Part shown: positions 58,801 through 64,000 of the stretch, in pieces
How positions within the stretch are numbered: the first letter of the stretch is position 1
Layout of the letters: each line of letters begins with the position of its first letter
NCBI GenBank assembly: GCA_964469495.1
Contig: CAYXYY010000030.1
Span: 10,262 to 74,261 of the forward strand
Source of the DNA: an uncultured Planctomycetia bacterium
GTDB lineage: Bacteria; Omnitrophota; Gorgyraeia; S143-82
Direction: 5' to 3'
Length of the DNA: 64,000 nucleotides
Program-made: the position numbers and the translations under genes
Notes under the pieces: generated by a model
Told to the model about the DNA's origin: nothing
The model's input: the letters and a program-made list of their open reading frames with translations, nothing else
Database searches by the model: none

Positions 58801-60311
58801 ACTACATTCCCTGCACGGTCTGTAATTTTTATCTTTCCATAATCCATTCCCTCTCCGCCATTTAAATCGGACAAAAGCGTTGCGCGCGAAATATATTGCA
58901 AATGCACATCTGTGCCATTTAAAACCCCGCTGGAGTTTGCCGAACCCAAAATCCCAAGGTCCGACGCAGTTGTGCTTCCGCCTTCGGCAATACTCATCGT
59001 GCCTGTCCCGCCTGCGCTGTCAACCAGCTTAATACCATCCTTTGCGCTGTTAATAGAGGCCGTAACGGATACTGAAGCGCTGTTTATCGCATCCAATACG
59101 TCCTGCAAGGTCTCAGCGGAAGACAGGTCTATAGTGGCAACCGCGCCTGCGCTGTCAGTTATTACGATTGAACCGGCAGCAACTCCGCTGCCTCCGTTAA
59201 ATCTGGAAAGCAATACGTCGTTTAATCCTGCAATCAATGCCTTACCTGTAATATATGTTCCGGATGAAGTCCCTGCGATACCCAAATCCTCTGCGCTATA
59301 ACTATTGTTTATGCTAGAGATAGTTAAAGTCCCTGTTCCGCTTGTATTATCTGTGATAAGCAACCTGTTGCCATCCGATGCGATAGAGGCCGTTATCTTG
59401 CCTCCATTTGCAGAATCATTGTTAATTGCATCTATTACATCGCCCAAAGTCGTTGCGCTGCTTAAGTTAACGTCAATAGTCGTGCCGTCTTTTGCAATTA
59501 TCCTGATGTCGTCTCCTGATGCATAAGTCCTTATACCTGTTTTCTCGTTTAAAAGCCTTAAATCCGTTCCCGAGGCTATATTGTTTATGTCTGATCCTGT
59601 AATAGTCGCGCCTGTTGTGGAACCCAAAATCCCCAAAGACTGCGCAGTCGTAGATTCTCCGACTTCCTGCACAATCAAGGATCCTGTCCCGCCGGATGTA
59701 TCGGTCAAAATAAACTTATCGCCAGAAACAGCAATAGACACCTCTATATCTGAATTATTGTTTATGGCATTTATTACATCGTCTATTGTCGTTGCCATAG
59801 ACAGGTCAATAACAGCCGACCCGCCGTCTTTGTCAATTATCCTAATAGAACCCCTTGAAATCCCTGCCTGTGAATTGATAAACTCAACAGAGGTATCCTT
59901 GTTAAGATATCCCCCTCCAAACTTTATAGTAAGGGTCCCACTGCCAATCGCGCTGTCTTTATCTATGATACCTTGGCTTATAACCTGATGCGCTTTGGCA
60001 AGGGATTTTACAGTCAAACTATAATTGCCCGGAATTGCCGTTGTATAGGCGCTTGCAGTTGCAACCGATTCATTGGTCGAGCTGACGGAATAAGATTTAT
60101 AAAGGGCAGGCCGGGATAAGGCATACGACTTCAGTTTAAAATCCAACAATTTTATATTTATCGTGCGCCACGCCTCTTTTTTCTGTTCTTCCAGCTCTTT
60201 CTTTGCCTGCAAGAGTTTTAACGGATAACTCTCCAGTTCTATGAGCTGATCCACAATATTTTGCGTATCTAACCCCGAGACTAATCCCGAGACACTATTG
60301 GTTCCAGGCAT
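55827..60311 (-). CDS. fliD: Flagellar filament capping protein FliD, unusually large (1494 aa). It has about ten tandem Flagellin-IN-like repeat modules and a discoidin (F5/8 type C)-like domain near the C-terminus.
   Basis: The N-terminus MPGTNSVSGLVSGLDTQNIVDQLIELE and the C-terminus ...LQARLDKRKEFLYAQFTQMESLMGQMNS are FliD N- and C-helical domains. The middle has reiterated modules of about 100-110 aa (IxItDrsGaxaxIDLSsAtTxxDVIDAINN...DtsGGTG...A.DLGI). The segment NAWFEVDFSQKISLYKVTL...GYTLQYWYNNQWNDY is F5/8-type-C-like. Confidence 0.8.
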   Translation of the reverse strand: MPGTNSVSGLVSGLDTQNIVDQLIELESYPLKLLQAKKELEEQKKEAWRTINIKLLDFKLKSYALSRPALYKSYSVSSTNESVATASAYTTAIPGNYSLTVKSLAKAHQVISQGIIDKDSAIGSGTLTIKFGGGYLNKDTSVEFINSQAGISRGSIRIIDKDGGSAVIDLSMATTIDDVINAINNNSDIEVSIAVSGDKFILTDTSGGTGSLIVQEVGESTTAQSLGILGSTTGATITGSDINNIASGTDLRLLNEKTGIRTYASGDDIRIIAKDGTTIDVNLSSATTLGDVIDAINNDSANGGKITASIASDGNRLLITDNTSGTGTLTISSINNSYSAEDLGIAGTSSGTYITGKALIAGLNDVLLSRFNGGSGVAAGSIVITDSAGAVATIDLSSAETLQDVLDAINSASVSVTASINSAKDGIKLVDSAGGTGTMSIAEGGSTTASDLGILGSANSSGVLNGTDVHLQYISRATLLSDLNGGEGMDYGKIKITDRAGNVVSIDLSDEESIKTIGDVIDAINNKSSISVLARVNDTGDGIIVLDLTGDEAYDLKIEEMNGGKTAESLNIKSSTSVQQKKHGDDLAYLSGTTALSKLNDGMGVALGRIKITDRSGASASIDLSSATTVQDVLDAINAASIGITATLDSTGNAINLVDTTGGGDPIYVYEIDSTTADDLGILNTSGIDSSQLAGEDIFSPINDRQLAFLNGQSGVSGTWFQIRDKSGTTASIDISSARTIQDVVDIINNTSALRVSVSVNSAGTGLLITDTSGSTGQLWVIDGNGAAASLGIDGASAGTTITGDAILYLSTSSALSYVLDGAGVRTASGLDDIRIIAKDGTTIDVNIDGSSTIGDIISAINNDTDNGGRITASLSSDGLSLVITDNTAGTGTLSISSINSSNTAEDLGIATSSSGSSITGEYLTSVLGDKSLAALNNFAGITTGSFTITDRSGAVATISVSSTDRFLSDIVDKINASGIGVEASIDSNGAGLIIKDTTGEEGYLYIEDNSVSQSLGIEETSGIANTSYDGANKISITVSSTDDLDDVVSSINDATDKVSAYVLNDGSGINPYRLVITSKYEGSLGRIVVDSRLSGDTLTFSDSVKADDAVVFVGDDSNSGLVVTGHSNTIKNAITGLSISLLSESDTPVTLKVERDLEEITTAVQDFVDGFNSIMEYIDDAIDYDTETGESGILLGSVSIMTLQTQLFNMVNSAVDGLPNTMNHISAIGISMNSSGKLELDETTLQEKLNDDAAAVERLFSYQVNMASSANGGSASASSSYTGFSPSDAINGNTDEDEFGAGVNGWQNAVQNESNAWFEVDFSQKISLYKVTLNTVSSLSQRLTGYTLQYWYNNQWNDYMSVSSNADEEIYHYFSLPYYTDKIRFNKLTGADGYARIVEVQATEARGVGLRINGRLGYLTDPEVGLIANEIDASEDNIDLFDEQIESLQARLDKRKEFLYAQFTQMESLMGQMNSMSSWLGQQISQLPSSSKK

Positions 60312-60357
60312 AAAACAACCCCTTTATAGATAAAATTTATCCAACCTAATAACAAAA

Positions 60358-60750
60358 TTATATATACTTATCCAAAATCATACCAACTGCATCGTGTATC
60401 TTTATCATAGCTTCCACCATCTCCTCAGGCGGAATCTCTTTAACGACCTCGTTGGTTTCAGGGTTTATCACCTCTACATATGCAAAATCCGTGCCATCGA
60501 CAAAGAGATGAAATTTTAAATCCTTGCTAAAGTCCTTCATCATATCATTCAGATTATCCACTGCCTCTTGGGCAAGAGACAGGACCTCTTCCTTGCTCAT
60601 TGATTGAATAGCGCCTGCCTGGCCATTAGACTCATCCTTGGGTGCTGAAAAGGCCTGTTTAACCGACTCCGTCACAGCCTCATCCTGCAGATTCTTCACT
60701 TCCGATGCATTCGGTTCTACAGGGCCTAGGCCTTTTATATCCATTTCCAA
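60358..60750 (-). CDS. flaG: Flagellar protein FlaG.
   Basis: 130 aa. It sits between fliC and fliD, as is typical. The C-terminal region (...FAYVEVINPETNEVVKEIPPEEM...) fits the FlaG family. Confidence 0.65.
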   Translation of the reverse strand: MEMDIKGLGPVEPNASEVKNLQDEAVTESVKQAFSAPKDESNGQAGAIQSMSKEEVLSLAQEAVDNLNDMMKDFSKDLKFHLFVDGTDFAYVEVINPETNEVVKEIPPEEMVEAMIKIHDAVGMILDKYI

Positions 60751-60800
60751 CTCCTTGTTATTGTTATAGTTTCGTTTTTAAAATTATTTAGCTTTCTGAG

Positions 60801-60830
60801 AAAAAAGGGGAGGGCAAGCCCTCCCCTTTT
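60801..60830 (-). terminator. Rho-independent terminator after fliC: GGGGAGGGC-AA-GCCCTCCCC followed by a U-run on the minus-strand transcript.
   Basis: Seen directly: a 9-bp GC-rich stem with an A6 tract on the plus strand, which is a U6 tract for the minus transcript. It is 8 nt downstream of the fliC stop. Confidence 0.65.
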
Positions 60831-60837
60831 ACCATCC

Positions 60838-62265
60838 TTAACCAAGCAACTGGAGTATTGACTGAGGGGCAACGTTTGCCTGAGCAAGCATAGCAGTGCC
60901 TGCCTGCATCAAGATCTGCAACCTCGTGAACTCCACCATCTCTGACGCCATATCAACGTCGCGGATACGCGACTCGGATGACTGTATGTTCTCGCGGGTC
61001 ACGCCAAGGTTTGCAATCGTGCTTTCCAGTGTATTCTTCTGGAACGCGCCAAGGGCAGACCTCTGGTCAGAAACATCATCTATGGCCTCGTCGATAATGT
61101 CTATTGCCGTTGCCGCGTTTGAATCCAGGTCATATGTCCCGCCTGACTTGATTGCCAAAAGGCCGTTAGAACCAGCTGTTGATGTGCCTAATTTATTGGC
61201 GCGCATAGAAGAGATAGAGATAGTCGCTATCTCATTGCTATCGCCGTTAGCGCCCAATACAAACCTCAAAAGCCCGGCAGTAACGCTCAAGTCGTTTGTC
61301 AAAGAAGAAGTGGAAGAGCTGTTATAGCTGGCATTTATGGTAATACCCATATTCTTAAACGTCCCTGACAATGCTATAAGCTCTAATCCACTGCCGGATG
61401 CAGAATATCCGTGTATAAGTCCGCCGATGTCCTGTCCAACATCTGCTTGTGTGCCACTTACAACATCTGCATCACCACTAATAACCAGAGATGCAGAACG
61501 GCCATATGACTTTGTGGCTATCATCAAACGATACCCACTTGTAGCAGTAGAAACCCATGCGCTTACCACCCCGGACAAAGAGGAATGGTGATTGATAGCG
61601 CTCACCACCTGTGCTATAGTGTTGCCATTGCTCAATGTAATCTGGATACCATTGACTGTGATACTCGTAACGTTCGCGGCTACACCTGTGCTCGCGCCTG
61701 TCATCGTTACGCCGCCGCTAACCTGTGCATAACTTGCTTCACGGGAAATGCGGTATGAAACAGTGCCTGTGCTGGCGTAGTTTCCTACGGAAACACTTGC
61801 AATCCTGTTGCTGTTGTTGACAGTTGCGGTGTTTCCAGAAGCGCCGTTAAGCAGGTATTTTCCTGCGTACTTTGTTGTGTTGGCAATTCTGTCAATAGAA
61901 TCAACAGAAGAGTCAACCTGCGCCTGGTCGGCCGCAATAGTTGCGCTGTCATTAGCACCTTCGTTAGCCGAATGCAATGCCAATGAACGAATAGAGTTTA
62001 AAAGTGTGTGCATCTCTGTCAATGCACCTTCAGCAGTCTGGACCATAGAAACCGCGTCTTCTGAGTTCTTTATTGCCTGATCCAAACCAGTAATATTTGC
62101 CCTCAATTTTTCTGAAATAACCAATCCGGCTGGGTCATCGCCAGCGCGGTTGATACGATAACCAGAAGAGAGCTTTTCAAGAGATTTTCTGATGGAACTA
62201 TCCGTCTTTGTCAAGTTCCACCACGCGTTTAACGCAGCGATATTGTGATTAATCCTTACGCCCAT
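60838..62265 (-). CDS. fliC: Flagellin.
   Basis: The N-terminus MGVRINHNIAALNAWWNLTKTDSSIRKSLEKLSSGYRINRAGDDPAGLVISEKLRANITGLDQAIKN and the C-terminus ...LQANVAPQSILQLLG are flagellin D0/D1. 475 aa. Confidence 0.9.
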   Translation of the reverse strand: MGVRINHNIAALNAWWNLTKTDSSIRKSLEKLSSGYRINRAGDDPAGLVISEKLRANITGLDQAIKNSEDAVSMVQTAEGALTEMHTLLNSIRSLALHSANEGANDSATIAADQAQVDSSVDSIDRIANTTKYAGKYLLNGASGNTATVNNSNRIASVSVGNYASTGTVSYRISREASYAQVSGGVTMTGASTGVAANVTSITVNGIQITLSNGNTIAQVVSAINHHSSLSGVVSAWVSTATSGYRLMIATKSYGRSASLVISGDADVVSGTQADVGQDIGGLIHGYSASGSGLELIALSGTFKNMGITINASYNSSSTSSLTNDLSVTAGLLRFVLGANGDSNEIATISISSMRANKLGTSTAGSNGLLAIKSGGTYDLDSNAATAIDIIDEAIDDVSDQRSALGAFQKNTLESTIANLGVTRENIQSSESRIRDVDMASEMVEFTRLQILMQAGTAMLAQANVAPQSILQLLG

Positions 62266-62394
62266 TTTAGCCTCCTTGCTTTTTTCACCCCATTAAAAGT
62301 CAACGTCCTTGTCAACTTTCCTTCCCCAGTCCAGCGCCCTTTTTTCTCCCTCACCTCCCTTCCAAGGAAACTGCTGTCTGAGCCTTCATATAAA

Positions 62395-62421
62395 TTATCG
62401 CCTGTTTTCTCTTTTTCTTTA
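62395..62421 (-). promoter_or_regulatory. Sigma28 (FliA)-type promoter for fliC: TAAA, a 15-nt spacer, then GGCGATAA on the minus strand. It would give a 5' leader of about 120 nt containing GGA motifs. An AAGGAGG RBS is present.
   Basis: The reverse complement of 62395-62421 reads TAAAG AAAAAGAGAAAACA GGCGATAA, against the consensus TAAA-N15-GCCGATAA. The fit is one mismatch. Confidence 0.5.
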
Positions 62422-62552
62422 ATACAAAAACCTATTTTTTGCTCATTTTGCAAAAATTCCCTTACAATCAAAACCCCTTACATCTCAATATGATACAAAA
62501 AAGGGGCATCCTAAGATGCCCCTTTAAAAGACAATCTTTCCAACAAAACGGA

Positions 62553-63857
62553 TTAAAAACTCCACCTCATACGCAAGTATACGTTTTTATCTTGTTCCAT
62601 CTGGCCAAACTCCGATGTGTCGCGCTTTCCCCAGATTAGATTTGCGCCAACCGTAACGTTGAAGTTATCCGTGACGTCCCAGCTCACATACGGCCTCCAA
62701 TAGGTATCCCTGTCTGTTTCGCTATAAAACACAAACAAGCCCGTACGCACTGTCTGGTTTTTAAATAGTTTTGTTAGACGCAATGTGCTAAGGTGGTAAT
62801 ACCTGTCATAAATAATGTCCCACGGCATACGCGCATCATAATAGTTGTTGTAATTCAGCATTTGCTCAAACAGGTGCTGAACACCTATACTAAAGTCATG
62901 TCCAAGGTCCTTTTCATAACCAACCAAAAACTTTACGCGGTCATTCGGGATAAGCCTATTGGTTCCGCTCCTGTCCTTGCGCGAATCATAATAACCGAAT
63001 TCAACACTGCCGATTCCCCTGAAAATAGCCCCTCTCAACGATGCGCCGTAAACCGACAGTCTTGGATAGAACACGACCTTGTTCATCTCGTCATAAAAAC
63101 CCCTCGGGCTCTTATAAAAGCCATCGTAAAAGTAAAACGCCCATTCATAACCCGAAACATTGCCGTACCAGCGCGCGGCGTATTCCGCATTGCCAAGCGT
63201 CCTGTCAGGCCTGTGAACAGAAAACGAAGAAGACGCGCCAACTATCCCCTGCTGAAATACGTCGTAAAAAGACAGCCTCGTGCCATTAGGCACTGTATTA
63301 GACTCCACAAACGGCAAATAGACCAAGTCTATATTCGAGTTTTTCAAATAAATAGAGGCCTTTGTGCCGTAAGACGGCTTTTTCAGGTATTCATCGTTCC
63401 TGCCGATAAAGAAAGAGACATAGTCCTTTGGGAACAGGTCATTGATAAACAGATAATCGCCGGTTCCCCAAGTAAATATCTGTTTTCCAAGTTTCACGTC
63501 CATAAAAGACGCAGGCGAAACAGACAAGGAAAACTCCCTAAAGGTCTTGTCCAAAGTCGTGTCAAAATACTCGTCTAATGTAAGCTCTGCCTTTATGTTA
63601 AGCTCTGCGTTCCAGTCGTATAAAAAGGCAGGATTCTCCGGAAAGAGCCTTGTCTTTAACTGGAGTTTCTGTTCTGCCAGATTGTAATGAGTGTGCTTTG
63701 TGTCTTCGTCGTGGTCAAACTTTACCCCAAAGTCAGTCTCTATAAACCCATATACCCTTGGCCCGTTTTTGCCAAGCCTAAAGGCATACGCCTTGGAAAA
63801 CAATCCTACGCACAAAGATAAAACGACAATGACAAATAATTGTTTTTTTACCATCAT
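62553..63857 (-). CDS. Putative outer-membrane beta-barrel protein (434 aa) with a signal peptide and a C-terminal Phe.
   Basis: Signal peptide MMVKKQLFVIVVLSLCVGLFSKAYA. Y/G/W-rich alternating pattern. It ends ...RMRWSF, an OMP beta-signal-like terminus. Confidence 0.5.
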   Translation of the reverse strand: MMVKKQLFVIVVLSLCVGLFSKAYAFRLGKNGPRVYGFIETDFGVKFDHDEDTKHTHYNLAEQKLQLKTRLFPENPAFLYDWNAELNIKAELTLDEYFDTTLDKTFREFSLSVSPASFMDVKLGKQIFTWGTGDYLFINDLFPKDYVSFFIGRNDEYLKKPSYGTKASIYLKNSNIDLVYLPFVESNTVPNGTRLSFYDVFQQGIVGASSSFSVHRPDRTLGNAEYAARWYGNVSGYEWAFYFYDGFYKSPRGFYDEMNKVVFYPRLSVYGASLRGAIFRGIGSVEFGYYDSRKDRSGTNRLIPNDRVKFLVGYEKDLGHDFSIGVQHLFEQMLNYNNYYDARMPWDIIYDRYYHLSTLRLTKLFKNQTVRTGLFVFYSETDRDTYWRPYVSWDVTDNFNVTVGANLIWGKRDTSEFGQMEQDKNVYLRMRWSF

Positions 63858-63878
63858 GGATTTATTTAACTTTTTTAT

Positions 63879-64000
63879 TCAATCCAACCATTTTCTCGGA
63901 GGCCTTCTAAGATATCTCTCTGTAAAGATATCATCAGGCAGACCGATGTCGTACTTTACCTCTGTAAAGTCCATCAAGGTCTCGCTCCCTGTCTCCAAGT
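63879..64000 (-). CDS. Partial ORF: the C-terminal 39 codons of a gene whose start lies beyond the right edge. Function unknown.
   Basis: Only one minus-strand frame is open from 63998 down to a TGA at 63879-63881 (...VKYDIGLPDDIFTERYLRRPPRKWLD*). There is no recognisable motif. The call is weak. Confidence 0.25.
   Translation of the reverse strand, partial: LETGSETLMDFTEVKYDIGLPDDIFTERYLRRPPRKWLD

Noticed and set aside
56744-59924. Tandem DNA repeats that could be mistaken for a CRISPR array or a satellite.
   Set aside because: The repeats are ~300-nt diverged units kept in frame inside one long ORF with a FliD N- and C-terminus. There are no short identical direct repeats with unique spacers, and no cas genes. 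This is a protein-domain repeat expansion, not a CRISPR array.
56337-59988. Multiple plus-strand ORFs inside fliD. Examples are 57292-57861, 58912-59301 and 59581-59988. They are rich in P/S/A/I.
   Set aside because: They are antisense or shadow frames produced by the internally repetitive, compositionally biased fliD coding sequence. Their low-complexity translations have no motifs.
60312-60357. A possible sigma54 or sigma28 promoter upstream of fliD and flaG.
   Set aside because: The reverse complements of 60312-60357 and 60751-60800 give no acceptable GG-N10-GC or TAAA-N15-GCCGATAA match. fliD, fliS and the GT4 are more likely read through from upstream or use promoters I cannot recognise.
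1-64000. Mobile elements or prophage (integrase, transposase, inverted terminal repeats) and toxin-antitoxin or restriction-modification modules.
   Set aside because: No ORF in either strand shows transposase DDE, tyrosine or serine recombinase, HNH, PD-(D/E)xK methyltransferase or TA-pair signatures. The only island-like signal is the antisense tRNA-Phe inside the flagellar glycosylation genes. That is reported as a finding, not as a mobile element.

Overview
This 64 kb window is almost entirely coding and almost all on the minus strand. GC is about 42%. The gene content is typical of an anaerobic, diderm, flagellated bacterium. Evidence for anaerobiosis: rubredoxin, a flavodiiron protein, a hybrid-cluster protein, a GH57 glucan enzyme and a GTP-dependent PEP carboxykinase. 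Evidence for a diderm envelope: an LPS heptosyltransferase, beta-barrel-like proteins ending in Phe, and rmlABCD. It is probably an uncultivated lineage.

Layout:
- 1-916: flagellar motor switch gene fliM, running off the window edge. It overlaps by 8 nt the stop of an 800-aa GH57 alpha-glucan enzyme (909-3311).
- 3.3-7.3 kb: an O2/NO-detoxification island. It holds an orphan pseudopilin, a rubredoxin and FprA pair that look translationally coupled, hcp, and a divergent MarR-type regulator. Two palindromes lie in the shared promoter region.
- 7.3-12 kb: an archaeal-type Ogg glycosylase, a sugar N-formyltransferase, and rmlDBCA.
- 12-23.8 kb: housekeeping genes. These include a FetAB-like ABC exporter, a pseudouridine synthase, panB, an M50 protease, a nitroreductase, nrdR, a dCMP deaminase and a GT9 heptosyltransferase. 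Two oddities sit among them: a YchF-like protein reduced to its TGS end with no P-loop, and a FeoA-FeoB-like fusion with a degenerate G1 motif.
- 23.8-31 kb: a competence or type IV pilus-like cluster. Two pseudopilin genes sit on the plus strand under a sigma70-like promoter. They converge with zero gap on a minus-strand radical SAM enzyme with a partial SPASM domain. Upstream of that are DprA, a GspF/PilC platform protein, a membrane-anchored coiled-coil protein and a ROK regulator.
- 31-42 kb: a polysaccharide-utilisation-like locus. It has an 899-aa secreted beta-barrel-like protein, two paralogous clan GH-A hydrolases, a protein built of two ~190-aa repeats, a TPR lipoprotein, and a sugar ABC importer.
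- 42-50 kb: pckG, a glycolipid module (a lysophospholipid acyltransferase fused to a GT2, plus an MGDG-synthase-like GT28), lipB with an overlapping stand-alone lipoyl domain, rpe, obg, rpmA and rplU.
- 50-62.3 kb: a flagellar filament and glycosylation island. It contains an orphan ABC ATPase, a CgeB-like protein, a Maf/DUF115 protein, an antisense tRNA-Phe(GAA), a GT4, fliS, a 1494-aa fliD, flaG, and fliC. The fliD gene has about ten Flagellin-IN-like repeats and a discoidin-like domain. The fliC gene has a sigma28-type promoter and a rho-independent terminator.
- 62.5-64 kb: a beta-barrel-like outer-membrane protein and a partial ORF at the right edge.

I saw no CRISPR array, transposase or integrase.

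The best candidates for undescribed biology are, in order: the repeat-expanded, lectin-bearing FliD cap; the radical SAM enzyme embedded in the pseudopilin/DprA/GspF cluster; and the two P-loop-degenerate GTPase relatives (YchF-like and FeoB-like).
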